64,000 nucleotides of DNA from Candidatus Micrarchaeota archaeon (lineage in GTDB: Archaea; Micrarchaeota; Micrarchaeia; Anstonellales; Bilamarchaeaceae): contig JBDRCX010000006.1 of NCBI GenBank assembly GCA_043821365.1, forward strand, positions 608,001 through 672,000, given 5' to 3'. A program made the translations under genes and the position numbers. Position 1 is the stretch's first letter. Every line of letters starts with the position of its first letter. Of this stretch, positions 54,407 to 64,000 are shown one piece after another. Under the pieces are notes generated by a model that searched no databases, was not told where the DNA came from, and saw only the letters and a list, made by a program, of their open reading frames with translations.

Positions 54407-56290
54407 GTGTTGAATCAGAAATTTTTTGTTATTATCTTTTTTCTATTAGTTGCATCAATACTAACAGCCCAAATAATGTGGAAAAATTCAATATCATCTG
54501 AATTAGCTTTAATTCCTTATTTACTTTTCATACCATTATTCTTCATAAAAAAAATAGATGGAAGATGGTTCATTGTTGGAGCCTTGGGATTTCTTATACT
54601 ATCAGGGTTAATCTTAATTTTAAAAAATAGTGAAAAATTAGCAAATCTTTCTGCAATTCATGCATATTACTCTCTAACAGCAGGAGTAATTTTGATGATA
54701 ATAGAAATGATCACAAAAAGAACTGACAAAGAACTTTATTTTATCGAATGGAAAGACATAAAATTCAAAACACCAACAGTACATTTCAATAGAATACCTC
54801 GAATGCAAAAAGTTCATTACAGTAGCGGTAAAAAAATATCTGTTCCAAAAATCCAATTAAACCTCATCTTAAATGCATTTAACTTTCTAGCAGACTGGTT
54901 CTGGGAACTAGCAATTTTCACATCAGTTATGTTCGGAGGTTTATTATTTTTAATTCTAAAAAAATTCGATGAACCAATCTATTTCATTGGAATTGAAAGA
55001 GAACTTGCACCATTCTTAATCGGTTCATTACTCTTAACACTAATTGCAGGATACTTAAGATACAAAGATCATCTAAAACAAAACAAAAACTACGATCTAA
55101 TGAAAAATGCAGGATTTTTCTCTTTTGCAAATATCATTGGAAATGCATTCAATTTTATTTTCCATTTCTATGTTGCAAGATTTATCACAATAACAGAATA
55201 TGGAGTTTTAAACGCATTAATTGCAGCAATTTCATTATTCCTTCTTCCAATCGGTAGTTTCTCTGCATTAATAGTAAAACAAATAGCAAAAGAAGACAAT
55301 AAAGAAAAAATCTCAGGAATTGCAAAGGCAACCATAAAAACTGCCATTCTCCTTTCATTGTTTATAATGGCAGTTTTATTCATAGCAAAAGAACCATTAC
55401 AAGACTATTTTCATATCACTGATGATCTAATTATTTTCTTGTTTGTAATAAATGTTGGATTACTTCTGATTTCAAATACACTAAACGGTATTTTACAAGG
55501 TTTACAAAGATTTTTCATCTCAGGTTCTGTTTTCATTTTCTCTTCAGGTGTTAAACTTGCAATAATGTTCTATTTGGTGGCAATAGTAAGCTTAGGTTTA
55601 GTTGGTGCAGTTACAGCCTATGCTGTTATTCCACTAGTTACTATCGTACTAATCTTCTATTTTGTACATTCATTCTTACTTCAAAAATCAGAAAGCTTCA
55701 ATATTTTCAAATTAAAAAGAGAATATCTTGCAATAGTGGCAATAGATATTGGTTTATTCCTTGCATTAAGTGGAGATTTATTAGTTTTAGGAAATTTATT
55801 TCCAAATGATGATCTTGGTTTTTACGCGGCAGCTTCTGTTATTGCTAAAATACTAACATTTGCTTTACTTCCATTTGCAAATGTTGCTTTCCCAAAAATA
55901 GTTTCTCAAATCAAAACAGGTTCAGAAAAGGCAACTTTTTGGCTAACTTTAACTGGAGTTCTACTTGGAGGGTTGGTCTTCCTTGCTGTCTATTATATAT
56001 TAGGGCATCATATAATTTCATTTGTATACTCAACAAAATACACAGAAGCAATGCAATTTTTACTAATTCTAACGGTTTCTGCGATTTTTTATACTGCAAA
56101 CATGGTAATCTCAAGATATATGATTGCACATGAAAAAAGAGCATACTCTATTTTTGCATTCTTAATTCCAATAATTGGACTTGTATCAATTTACATCTTA
56201 CTTCCAGCAATTCAAGACGTTCCATTTTTCATGCTAGGTATAAATCTACTATTGGCAATTATCGGATTGATATTCGTCACTAAGAAGTAA
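54407..56290 (+). CDS. Wzx/RfbX-like oligosaccharide flippase with an N-terminal membrane extension
   Basis: From ~aa 230: KNAGFFSFANIIGNAFNF...ARF....YG, LQGLQRF, GFYAAA..IAK, FPKI. Confidence 0.8.
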   Translation: MLNQKFFVIIFFLLVASILTAQIMWKNSISSELALIPYLLFIPLFFIKKIDGRWFIVGALGFLILSGLILILKNSEKLANLSAIHAYYSLTAGVILMIIEMITKRTDKELYFIEWKDIKFKTPTVHFNRIPRMQKVHYSSGKKISVPKIQLNLILNAFNFLADWFWELAIFTSVMFGGLLFLILKKFDEPIYFIGIERELAPFLIGSLLLTLIAGYLRYKDHLKQNKNYDLMKNAGFFSFANIIGNAFNFIFHFYVARFITITEYGVLNALIAAISLFLLPIGSFSALIVKQIAKEDNKEKISGIAKATIKTAILLSLFIMAVLFIAKEPLQDYFHITDDLIIFLFVINVGLLLISNTLNGILQGLQRFFISGSVFIFSSGVKLAIMFYLVAIVSLGLVGAVTAYAVIPLVTIVLIFYFVHSFLLQKSESFNIFKLKREYLAIVAIDIGLFLALSGDLLVLGNLFPNDDLGFYAAASVIAKILTFALLPFANVAFPKIVSQIKTGSEKATFWLTLTGVLLGGLVFLAVYYILGHHIISFVYSTKYTEAMQFLLILTVSAIFYTANMVISRYMIAHEKRAYSIFAFLIPIIGLVSIYILLPAIQDVPFFMLGINLLLAIIGLIFVTKK

Positions 56291-56329
56291 CTTTTATAAA
56301 CATTCACCACAAGTTCTATTCTGATTCAT

Positions 56330-57943
56330 ATGTTAAATAAAAAAATTCTAGCTCTTTTTGTAGCATTGGCAGTTGTATTTGTTTTAGTTGTAATACCAAG
56401 CAATGCTTTGTCAGTTTTGTGGACGTATGTTCAGTATAATTCATCATCTGGTATGGTGGATTATATATTATCCATCCCAATTGAAAATTACGAAGCTATT
56501 GAACTTGGTGATCCCCCTATTTTATTTATAAGTAGTGATGGTGGGAGTAGTTGGCAAGAACTTTCTTGGGGAATTGATTATAGTGCATATGGTGTAATGT
56601 ATTGGTTACAACCAGGTTATGGATACGGAAATGCTAGTGGGTATGGGTACGGATATGATTACGGTCCTTTCCCAGGTGGATTTGACCATATGTTCTATTA
56701 TCCTGGAACGTATGGTACTGCATATGCATATGGGGATTTGTTTGAAGGTTATGGTTATGGTTATCCAGACGGAGAATTAGTAGTATCTGGAACAATCAAT
56801 ACTTCAAATTACGCACCAGGAACTTATAGAATTAGAGCAGCATTTATTGTTACTACCTTAGATGGTGAACATGCTTTCTACAGTGATGAAGAAATCTTCA
56901 CAATCCCAGGTGGAAACAACAATGGTGGCCAATCAGATCCAGAACTTTCTATTGAATTTGAAACTGATTGTTACAATCATACAATCATTGTAACAAGTGG
57001 TAATAATCTAATATCAAATGCAAAAGTTGTAGTCAATGGAGATACAATAGGTTATACAGATGAAAACGGTGAAATAGAATTTGAAGGATGCACTGATTCA
57101 GTAATAATCCGTGCAACCAAAAGCGGTTATGATTCAGCATTATACAAAGAAGACTTAGACTGTGATTGCAGCGAATCTGGACAAGAAGAACCTGATTGTA
57201 CTACTGACCAAAACTGTGCATACAATGAAGTGTGCACTTCAGGCGAATGCACACCAATAACATGCGACTGCGGAACAATCCAAGATCATGAATGTGTTTC
57301 CTATGAATGCTGTTCAGATTCAGAATGTTCTACAGGCTATTCATGTATATCAAACACATGCGAACAAACTCCAGAAGATGAATGTTCAACTGATGCAGAC
57401 TGTGCTGAAACACAATACTGCTCAAACGGAAGCTGTCTTGAAGTAACAGGAGATTGTGGTTATATTGCAAATCATGCATTCGTAGCATACGAATGTGGTA
57501 CAGATGCAAACTGCCCAACATGTACAGATGGTCTTTGCATCAACAATGAATGTGTTGCAAATGATCTTACTTGTGAAGATGGTTTAGTTGGAGGCACAGC
57601 AAATTGTGCAGCAACAGAAGATAATGCTCCTTGTGCAAACTGTGAATATGAAGTAACAACTCCTGATGGTCAAACTCTAACAGGAACAACAGATGAAAAT
57701 GGTAACTTTAATCTACCATTAAACCTTGTTGGTACCTATACAGTTTCACTCATTAAAGGTGGAGTTGAAGTATCCTCAACTGAAGTAACTTCAAGTCAAA
57801 CTACAGTTGTTGACGATGATAAACCACCAGTTGTTGGTTCTGATCCAATGCAGTTTATTTTCTTAGCAGTAATTTTGTTGTTACTGGCTGCAATAGTGAT
57901 ATACTGGTATAGTACAAGGGGAAAAAAGAGTAAACACAAATAA
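56330..57943 (+). CDS. Modular surface protein 1 (signal peptide, GY-rich domain, Cys-rich repeats, Ig/CarboxypepD-like parts, C-terminal TM)
   Basis: MLNKKILALFVALAVVFVLVVIPSNALSV; GYGYG loop; CxxDxxC repeats; TM followed by a basic tail. Confidence 0.8.
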   Translation: MLNKKILALFVALAVVFVLVVIPSNALSVLWTYVQYNSSSGMVDYILSIPIENYEAIELGDPPILFISSDGGSSWQELSWGIDYSAYGVMYWLQPGYGYGNASGYGYGYDYGPFPGGFDHMFYYPGTYGTAYAYGDLFEGYGYGYPDGELVVSGTINTSNYAPGTYRIRAAFIVTTLDGEHAFYSDEEIFTIPGGNNNGGQSDPELSIEFETDCYNHTIIVTSGNNLISNAKVVVNGDTIGYTDENGEIEFEGCTDSVIIRATKSGYDSALYKEDLDCDCSESGQEEPDCTTDQNCAYNEVCTSGECTPITCDCGTIQDHECVSYECCSDSECSTGYSCISNTCEQTPEDECSTDADCAETQYCSNGSCLEVTGDCGYIANHAFVAYECGTDANCPTCTDGLCINNECVANDLTCEDGLVGGTANCAATEDNAPCANCEYEVTTPDGQTLTGTTDENGNFNLPLNLVGTYTVSLIKGGVEVSSTEVTSSQTTVVDDDKPPVVGSDPMQFIFLAVILLLLAAIVIYWYSTRGKKSKHK

Positions 57944-58030
57944 TTTTTTTCTTATTTTTTTAAATTTTAATTCTCTAAGGAAAAAAACAAAAGCTTATAA
58001 ATCTCTTTTTTAAGTTATTATCGGATTCAT

Positions 58031-59803
58031 ATGTTAAACAAAAAAATTCTCGCGCTCTTTGTAGCATTGGCAGTTGTATTTGTTTTAGTTGTAATACCAA
58101 GCAATGCTTTGTCAGTTGTTTGGGATTATCTTGTATATAACACTACTAGCGATACTGTTGATTTCGTGTTAAACATCTCATTGAATACTAATGAATTGAT
58201 CGATAATCCTATGGTCAGTATATTCTTCTTTAATACAACAAGTGGGCAATGGGAAGATATTACTTCGCTTGCAGACTTTGCCTGTTCTTATGGTAATAAC
58301 CTCATTCAAGTGCCTGGTTATGGCTATTCTTATGGATACGGCTATGGCGATTTTGTTGAAGCTTTTACACCATCTTATTTCGGTTACGGTGGTTATGGCT
58401 ATTCCTATGGATACGGCTATGGTGATGGGTGGTTTGCTACTGCACCAGATTCCATGGTTTGTACAGGTGATATAAATGTGTCCTCATTTGAACCAGGGAC
58501 ATACGACATAAGAGCAGTTCTTATTGTTGACAGTACATTTGGTCAACATGCTTTCTATAGCGACACTGGTCAGTTTACAAAAACTTTTTCATCACCCCCA
58601 GTATTAAACCTAATCCAACCAGCAGATGAATATTATACTGGTTTAACTTCAGTTAATTGGAGCTTTAATGTTAGTGATGATAGTAATTCCACTAACTGTA
58701 CTGTCAATCTAAACGGAATTCCAAATCAAACAAGAACAAATCTAGCTAACGCGCAATACAATGGCGCATTCACTGGTTTACCAGATGGAGAATACAATTG
58801 GAGTGTTAACTGTACTGACGGTGTAACTCCGGTATTTTCTGAAGTAAGAGACTTCACAGTTGATACTGAAGATCCAATTGTAACACTAGTCTCACCAGAT
58901 GATGGAGATGAAACAACTGATAGAACTCCAGCATTTAGATATACATTTACTGATGATCTTTCTCCAACTGCAGAATGTTCATTATACGTTGATGATGAAC
59001 TAGAAGGAACTGATACAGAAGAAGAAGGTGCAACTGGTCAGATAGTCTCATCAACTTTAGACTTAGGAGATCATGAATGGTATGTTGAATGTACTGATGA
59101 AGGTGGAAACTCTGACACAAGCTCAACCTGGGATCTTACAATCATCTCAGGAGGCGGTGGCGGAGGAGGAGGCGGTGGCGGTGGTAGTGGTGGAGCTGCT
59201 ACAACTGATCAAAACGTTACTGTTCCACATGACGACGACGACGAATGTAACAAAGATTCACAATGTGCAGCTGATGAAGCATGCTTTGGTGGAGAATGTA
59301 CTGAGGTAACAGGCATCTGTGGTTATGCAGCAAATCATAAATGGAATTATTACGACTGCTGTGATGATTCTGGCTGTGATGCTGGTTACACCTGTGTAAG
59401 CCATGTATGTAATGCATTGCCTCCTGAGGACGAATGTACAACTGATGCAGACTGCGATGCAGGACAAGCTTGTGTAAGGGGAACTTGTCAAAATAAAGTC
59501 AACCAATCAACTACAATCAACCCACAAGTAGAATGTACAACTGACAGTGAATGTGGACTGGGTGAGAATTGTGTGGAGAATGTATGTACTCAGCCAACAC
59601 AAGGATGTTTCCAAATCCTTGGTATATGCTGGTATTATCTTGCTGGTGCATTAGTGCTATTACTACTGGGTGGTTTGTTACTACTAGGTGGTGGAGCAGC
59701 TTTATGGGCATCTCAGGGCCAACATCCAAAGAAATACAATTTCAAAGAAAGAGAACACCACAGAAAAAGACACTATAAGCATCACAGAAAGCACAAAAAA
59801 TAA
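58031..59803 (+). CDS. Modular surface protein 2 (GY-rich domain, two Ig-like domains, poly-Gly, Cys-rich repeats, TM, His/Lys tail)
   Basis: Same signal peptide; GYGYSYGYGYG twice; YNWSVNCTD and EWYVECTD Ig-like motifs. Confidence 0.8.
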   Translation: MLNKKILALFVALAVVFVLVVIPSNALSVVWDYLVYNTTSDTVDFVLNISLNTNELIDNPMVSIFFFNTTSGQWEDITSLADFACSYGNNLIQVPGYGYSYGYGYGDFVEAFTPSYFGYGGYGYSYGYGYGDGWFATAPDSMVCTGDINVSSFEPGTYDIRAVLIVDSTFGQHAFYSDTGQFTKTFSSPPVLNLIQPADEYYTGLTSVNWSFNVSDDSNSTNCTVNLNGIPNQTRTNLANAQYNGAFTGLPDGEYNWSVNCTDGVTPVFSEVRDFTVDTEDPIVTLVSPDDGDETTDRTPAFRYTFTDDLSPTAECSLYVDDELEGTDTEEEGATGQIVSSTLDLGDHEWYVECTDEGGNSDTSSTWDLTIISGGGGGGGGGGGGSGGAATTDQNVTVPHDDDDECNKDSQCAADEACFGGECTEVTGICGYAANHKWNYYDCCDDSGCDAGYTCVSHVCNALPPEDECTTDADCDAGQACVRGTCQNKVNQSTTINPQVECTTDSECGLGENCVENVCTQPTQGCFQILGICWYYLAGALVLLLLGGLLLLGGGAALWASQGQHPKKYNFKEREHHRKRHYKHHRKHKK

Positions 59804-59898
59804 TCTTTTTTCTTATTTTTTATCTAATTTTTCTGTCTTACATGCTCCTCAAAAAGATTTATAAAGATCGTAGCTTTTGTCTATAGTGAGTGAGGCTT

Positions 59899-62800
59899 AT
59901 GTTAAATAAAAAAATTCTAGCTCTTTTTGTAGCATTGGCAGTTGTATTTGTTTTAGTTGTAATACCAAGTAATGCTCTTTCAGTTGTTTGGGATTACATA
60001 GTCTATAATGGTACTGCAGATGCAATTGATTTCCAACTTAATGTTTCTCTAGAAAATTCTGAATTTGTGAATATTGATGATGTAAAAATTTTCACTAATG
60101 CTAGCGGTAGTTGGGAGGAAGTTCCTGCTTCTTTAGATTGGGATTATGTTCAAATGGGCCTCACACCATCTGATGGCTATGGTTATGGGGCATATGGATA
60201 TGGTTATGGAGATTTTGTTGGTCCTTTCTTAACAAGTTATCTTGGCTATGGTGGATATGGATATGCTTATGGTTATGATAATGGTTATAGGGCCGTCGGT
60301 GGACCTGGTTTAATATTAATAAATGGGCAATTTAATGCAACTGGAATACCTCCAGGAAAATATTATCTCAAAGCAGTTGTTATTGTGAATACTCCAACTG
60401 GCCAGCATGCTTTCTATAGTGATGTTTATGATGTAACCATACCAACCTTACGTTTCCTTCACTTTACTGATAATGGTGTGATAAATAGAGATTACATAAA
60501 AGCAATGATTGATGCAGATGATGAGTATAAAAATTTCACTTATTATCTTTACAATGATTCTGGTTTTGTGAATAAATCATATTTAGCAAGTGAAACTGTT
60601 GGAGTTGCAACTGGAATTGCATATACTTGTTTCCTAAAAACAAACGGTTCAGTCCAATGCCAAGGTTACAATCCCAGTGGTGAAGCGAATAATTACACTG
60701 GTAATGATGTAGTCCAAGTTTCTGCAGGTTATCACCATACTTGTTTCCTCAAAGCAAACGGTTCAGTCCAATGCCAAGGTCAAAATGGTTTTGGTCAATC
60801 AAATAATTATAGTGGTAATGATGCTATACAGGTTACTACACAAGAATACCATACTTGTTTCCTCAAAGCAAACGGTTCAGTCCAATGTCAAGGAGATAAT
60901 TGGGATGGAAGAGCAAATAATTACACTGGTAATGATGTAGTCCAAGTTTCCGCAGGCTGGTATCATACATGTTTCCTAAAAGCAAACGGTTCAGTCCAAT
61001 GTCAAGGCCAAAATCCCGATGGTGGGGCAAATAACTACTTTGGTAATGACGTAATCCAAGTTTCCGCAGGCCATCAATATACCTGTTTCCTAAAAGCAAA
61101 TCGTTCAGTCCAATGCCAAGGTTACAATGACTATGGCAGAGCAAATAATTATTCTGGTACGGATGCTATTCAAATATCTACAAACCAAGACCATATGTGT
61201 ATTCTAAAGGCAAACGGTTCAGTCCAATGCCAAGGTCAAAACGATTCCGGTTCTACTGATCCATATATTGGTAATGACGTAATCCAAGTTTCCGCAGGTG
61301 AACAACATACCTGTTTCCTCAAAGCAAACGGTTCAGTCCAATGCCAAGGTGACAATGACTATGGCCTGGCAAACAATTATTCAGGAACAGATGTTCAAAA
61401 AGCGCCATTCCATGTTTTCAATCATCTACCAGAAGGAAGATATTATCTAAATGCAACTGCATGTGATCTTTCTGGTGATTGCGATTCAACTGAAACTAGA
61501 ACAATAATAATAGATGCAATTCCACCACAAGAACCAGTGATAACATTTAATCATCCATATTACGGATGGACAACTAACAATAATGGATCATACAATATAG
61601 ATGTAATTGTGAATGGTACACTATCAGAAAGTATTGAATCAATTGAATTTTATCTTGATTCAAGTACCTATGGTTTACAATATCTAGGGGATGAATCGCT
61701 CTGTTCACCAGTTGGTCTTATTTACTATTGTTCATTTTCACCAGCTGCTCCTGGAGGAGGTTGGGCAGAAGATGGATATGAACTATGGGTTGAAGTAGAA
61801 TATGGTGGCTATTACGATACTGATGATTCAGTATACTTTATAATCGACGTTACAGCACCAGAAATAGAATTATACAATCCAATAAATGAATACAATACTT
61901 CAAACACAACACCAAATTCTGCTAGTATACTATTCAATTTCTCAGCAGATGATAATATGTTTGATGAAAGTGAATGTGTAATTTATGTAGATGGTATTGT
62001 ACTTAGTCCTCCAGATGAGATTATCACAACTGATGATCCAACAATGCATTGGCAGGGTTTTGGTCTTCCAACTTCTGAAGGAAAACACGAATGGTACCTA
62101 AACTGCACTGATAAAGCTGATAACTGGAATATAAGCGAAACAAGAAACTTTACAATAGATTCAATTCCTCCACATATCACAATGAATGCGCCAACAGATG
62201 GTTATGAAAAGAACTTCACAGATGTTGTTCAGCTTAATGTTACAGTTACTGATAATCTTGCAGACCAACTTAATTGTAGCTGGATGATTAATGGTGTAGA
62301 AGTATCACTTGGACTTGTAGCAAATGATTCAATACTAAACCTAACCCGATCAAACGAACCATATGAAGGAAAATACTATTGGAATATGACTTGTATTGAT
62401 GAGATTGGAAACCAAAATACAAGTGAAACTTGGTATTATTTGATAAATGATAGCACTGCTCCAACTGTGAATCTAATCTCTCCAGCTACAGGCTATTCAA
62501 CAACAGACAGAACACCAACAATGGAGTTTAATTTCACAGATCCATACTCTCCAACTGCAGTTTGTACATTATATGTTGGTGGAACTGCAAAAGGCTCAAA
62601 AACTGTAGATAATGCAACGAATGATGAAATAACATCAACAACACTTTCAGTTGGCAGTTACACTTGGTACATATCCTGTACTGATCTTGGTGATAATGTT
62701 GGTAATTCATCAACACGTTCAATTACCATAAACTCGGTGCCAGGCCAAGGAGGCGGTGGCGGAGGTAGTGGCTCTGTTGACACTGATAGAAACACTACAA

Positions 62801-63378
62801 TTCCACACATAAACAATACTCCTTCCGTATCATGCAACAAGGACTCTCAATGTCTAGGAAGCCAAGCATGTCTTGGTGAAAGCTGCCAAGAACTAACTGG
62901 AATTTGCGGTTATGCAGCAAATCATAAATGGAATTATTACGACTGCTGTGATGATGCAGCCTGTGGCGAAGGTTATGGTTGCTTTAGTAATAGTTGTTAT
63001 CCAATCCCACAGCAAGAATGTTCAGTTGATGGAGATTGCAGCGAAGGACAAAAATGTGTGAATGGTTATTGTAAACAGCAAACCACAACTAACACATCAA
63101 CAATTCCAAAAGAATGTACAAAAGACAGTGAATGTGAAGCAGGCAAACTTTGCGTTAATTACCAATGTACTTCAATTGAAGTTCAACCAGATCAATGCTG
63201 TCCATTTGGTATTTGCGGTCCAAAAATATTTGGCGTCTGCTGGTACTATATAAATGTTTTAATATTGATTGTAATCTTATTAGGCATAACTGTACTATGG
63301 GGTGGCATGTCAATACATAATCACCACAAACCTCATCACAGACGTTACAAATACAAGAGGAGACACAAACATGAATAA
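59899..63378 (+). CDS. Modular surface protein 3 (GY-rich domain, 7 RCC1/BLIP-II-like repeats, Ig-like domains, Cys-rich repeats, TM, His/Arg tail)
   Basis: Same signal peptide (ATG at 59899); domain motifs read from the translation. Confidence 0.82.
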   Translation: MLNKKILALFVALAVVFVLVVIPSNALSVVWDYIVYNGTADAIDFQLNVSLENSEFVNIDDVKIFTNASGSWEEVPASLDWDYVQMGLTPSDGYGYGAYGYGYGDFVGPFLTSYLGYGGYGYAYGYDNGYRAVGGPGLILINGQFNATGIPPGKYYLKAVVIVNTPTGQHAFYSDVYDVTIPTLRFLHFTDNGVINRDYIKAMIDADDEYKNFTYYLYNDSGFVNKSYLASETVGVATGIAYTCFLKTNGSVQCQGYNPSGEANNYTGNDVVQVSAGYHHTCFLKANGSVQCQGQNGFGQSNNYSGNDAIQVTTQEYHTCFLKANGSVQCQGDNWDGRANNYTGNDVVQVSAGWYHTCFLKANGSVQCQGQNPDGGANNYFGNDVIQVSAGHQYTCFLKANRSVQCQGYNDYGRANNYSGTDAIQISTNQDHMCILKANGSVQCQGQNDSGSTDPYIGNDVIQVSAGEQHTCFLKANGSVQCQGDNDYGLANNYSGTDVQKAPFHVFNHLPEGRYYLNATACDLSGDCDSTETRTIIIDAIPPQEPVITFNHPYYGWTTNNNGSYNIDVIVNGTLSESIESIEFYLDSSTYGLQYLGDESLCSPVGLIYYCSFSPAAPGGGWAEDGYELWVEVEYGGYYDTDDSVYFIIDVTAPEIELYNPINEYNTSNTTPNSASILFNFSADDNMFDESECVIYVDGIVLSPPDEIITTDDPTMHWQGFGLPTSEGKHEWYLNCTDKADNWNISETRNFTIDSIPPHITMNAPTDGYEKNFTDVVQLNVTVTDNLADQLNCSWMINGVEVSLGLVANDSILNLTRSNEPYEGKYYWNMTCIDEIGNQNTSETWYYLINDSTAPTVNLISPATGYSTTDRTPTMEFNFTDPYSPTAVCTLYVGGTAKGSKTVDNATNDEITSTTLSVGSYTWYISCTDLGDNVGNSSTRSITINSVPGQGGGGGGSGSVDTDRNTTIPHINNTPSVSCNKDSQCLGSQACLGESCQELTGICGYAANHKWNYYDCCDDAACGEGYGCFSNSCYPIPQQECSVDGDCSEGQKCVNGYCKQQTTTNTSTIPKECTKDSECEAGKLCVNYQCTSIEVQPDQCCPFGICGPKIFGVCWYYINVLILIVILLGITVLWGGMSIHNHHKPHHRRYKYKRRHKHE
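60613..61400 (+). repeat. Seven tandem 114-nt (38-aa) RCC1-like coding repeats
   Basis: Consensus HTCFLKANGSVQCQGxNxxGxANNYxGNDVxQVSAG; period 114 nt (for example 60628 to 60742). Confidence 0.85.
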
Positions 63379-64000
63379 ATCTTTGATTTTTTTATTCTTA
63401 TTAATTGGAATATATCTGGCAAGTGCTGAAGAGTACGAGCACCCATTATTTGCAACTTCCTATGCAAATGCTAATGATAATGTGACGTTATATCGTTTTA
63501 GGATTTTGAATAATGAAACTACTCAAACATTGCCATTTAGGGTTTGGCTTACCAGTGATATGAATTGGTTTGATCCGTCAATATTTAGCTATGCACTACA
63601 ACCTGATGGTTCGGATCAAGGTAAACCATACTGGGACTTACCACCAATATATCCAAATGAAAGCTCTGAAATTTCTTTTACAGTAAATAGGACTGTTGGG
63701 CTCCCAGACAGAATATCAGTTTCCACACAACAAATAGATAGATGGAGTGGAGAATGTAGTGATTTTGCACCATATAATGGTTCAAGTTCATCAAAAGTGA
63801 AAATACAAACCTATCTTCAGTCATTAAACAAATCCGGAAATGTTACACTTTATTATGAAGAAGGGGATTATGCAATCGCATATCTTGAATACTACAAAAC
63901 ATATGCAGTTTTCACCATAAATAATATCACGATGGTGGATGATGAAACTATAATCTCAAGTTTAGCATCAAATTATACTAAAAAAGTAGCAACTCCTGTT
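63371..64000 (+). CDS. 3'-truncated secreted hypothetical protein
   Basis: MNKSLIFLFLLIGIYLASA signal peptide; overlaps the previous stop; the frame appears open towards the window end. Confidence 0.6.
   Translation, partial: MNKSLIFLFLLIGIYLASAEEYEHPLFATSYANANDNVTLYRFRILNNETTQTLPFRVWLTSDMNWFDPSIFSYALQPDGSDQGKPYWDLPPIYPNESSEISFTVNRTVGLPDRISVSTQQIDRWSGECSDFAPYNGSSSSKVKIQTYLQSLNKSGNVTLYYEEGDYAIAYLEYYKTYAVFTINNITMVDDETIISSLASNYTKKVATPV

Noticed and set aside
60613-61400. CRISPR-like periodic repeats
   Set aside because: The repeats are in-frame 114-nt coding units within a protein; there is no spacer/repeat alternation and no cas gene in the window.
56330-63378. Diversity-generating retroelement acting on the surface proteins
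   Set aside because: No reverse transcriptase and no template/variable repeat pair differing only at adenines was seen in this window.

Overview
AT-rich archaeal chromosome segment. DPANN, probably Micrarchaeota-like, is my inference from archaeal DnaG, MCM, S8e, Cgi121, Trm5, ApgM and many class III signal-peptide proteins. From left to right it holds: a pilin-like gene cluster; toprim-dnaG; leuS (frameshifted, with a structured insertion); trm5; a presenilin-type protease; mcm with a 507-aa intein; apgM; a type IV pilus locus with coiled-coil and winged-helix accessory genes; cgi121; rps8e; a GGR-family reductase; a bacterial-type Ser/Thr kinase followed by a peptidoglycan-binding protein; a defence/TA-rich zone around a tRNA-Glu(CTC) gene with a 178-nt intron; a sulfate-activation and glycan-modification cluster; and a tandem array of modular surface proteins. 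The most unusual signals are (1) a Fic gene bracketed by two directly repeated 49-bp sites (identical 12-bp inverted arms, 25-bp spacers) inside a decayed tRNA-targeted islet, (2) a family of ~60-nt twin-hairpin elements with a conserved scaffold and covarying stems, found upstream of dnaG, beside the tRNA and, in related form, inside the tRNA intron, (3) the kinase/PG-binding locus, and (4) ATP sulfurylase co-transcribed with three Thr-nucleophile alkaline-phosphatase-superfamily proteins. No database searches were run; all calls come from motifs read by eye.
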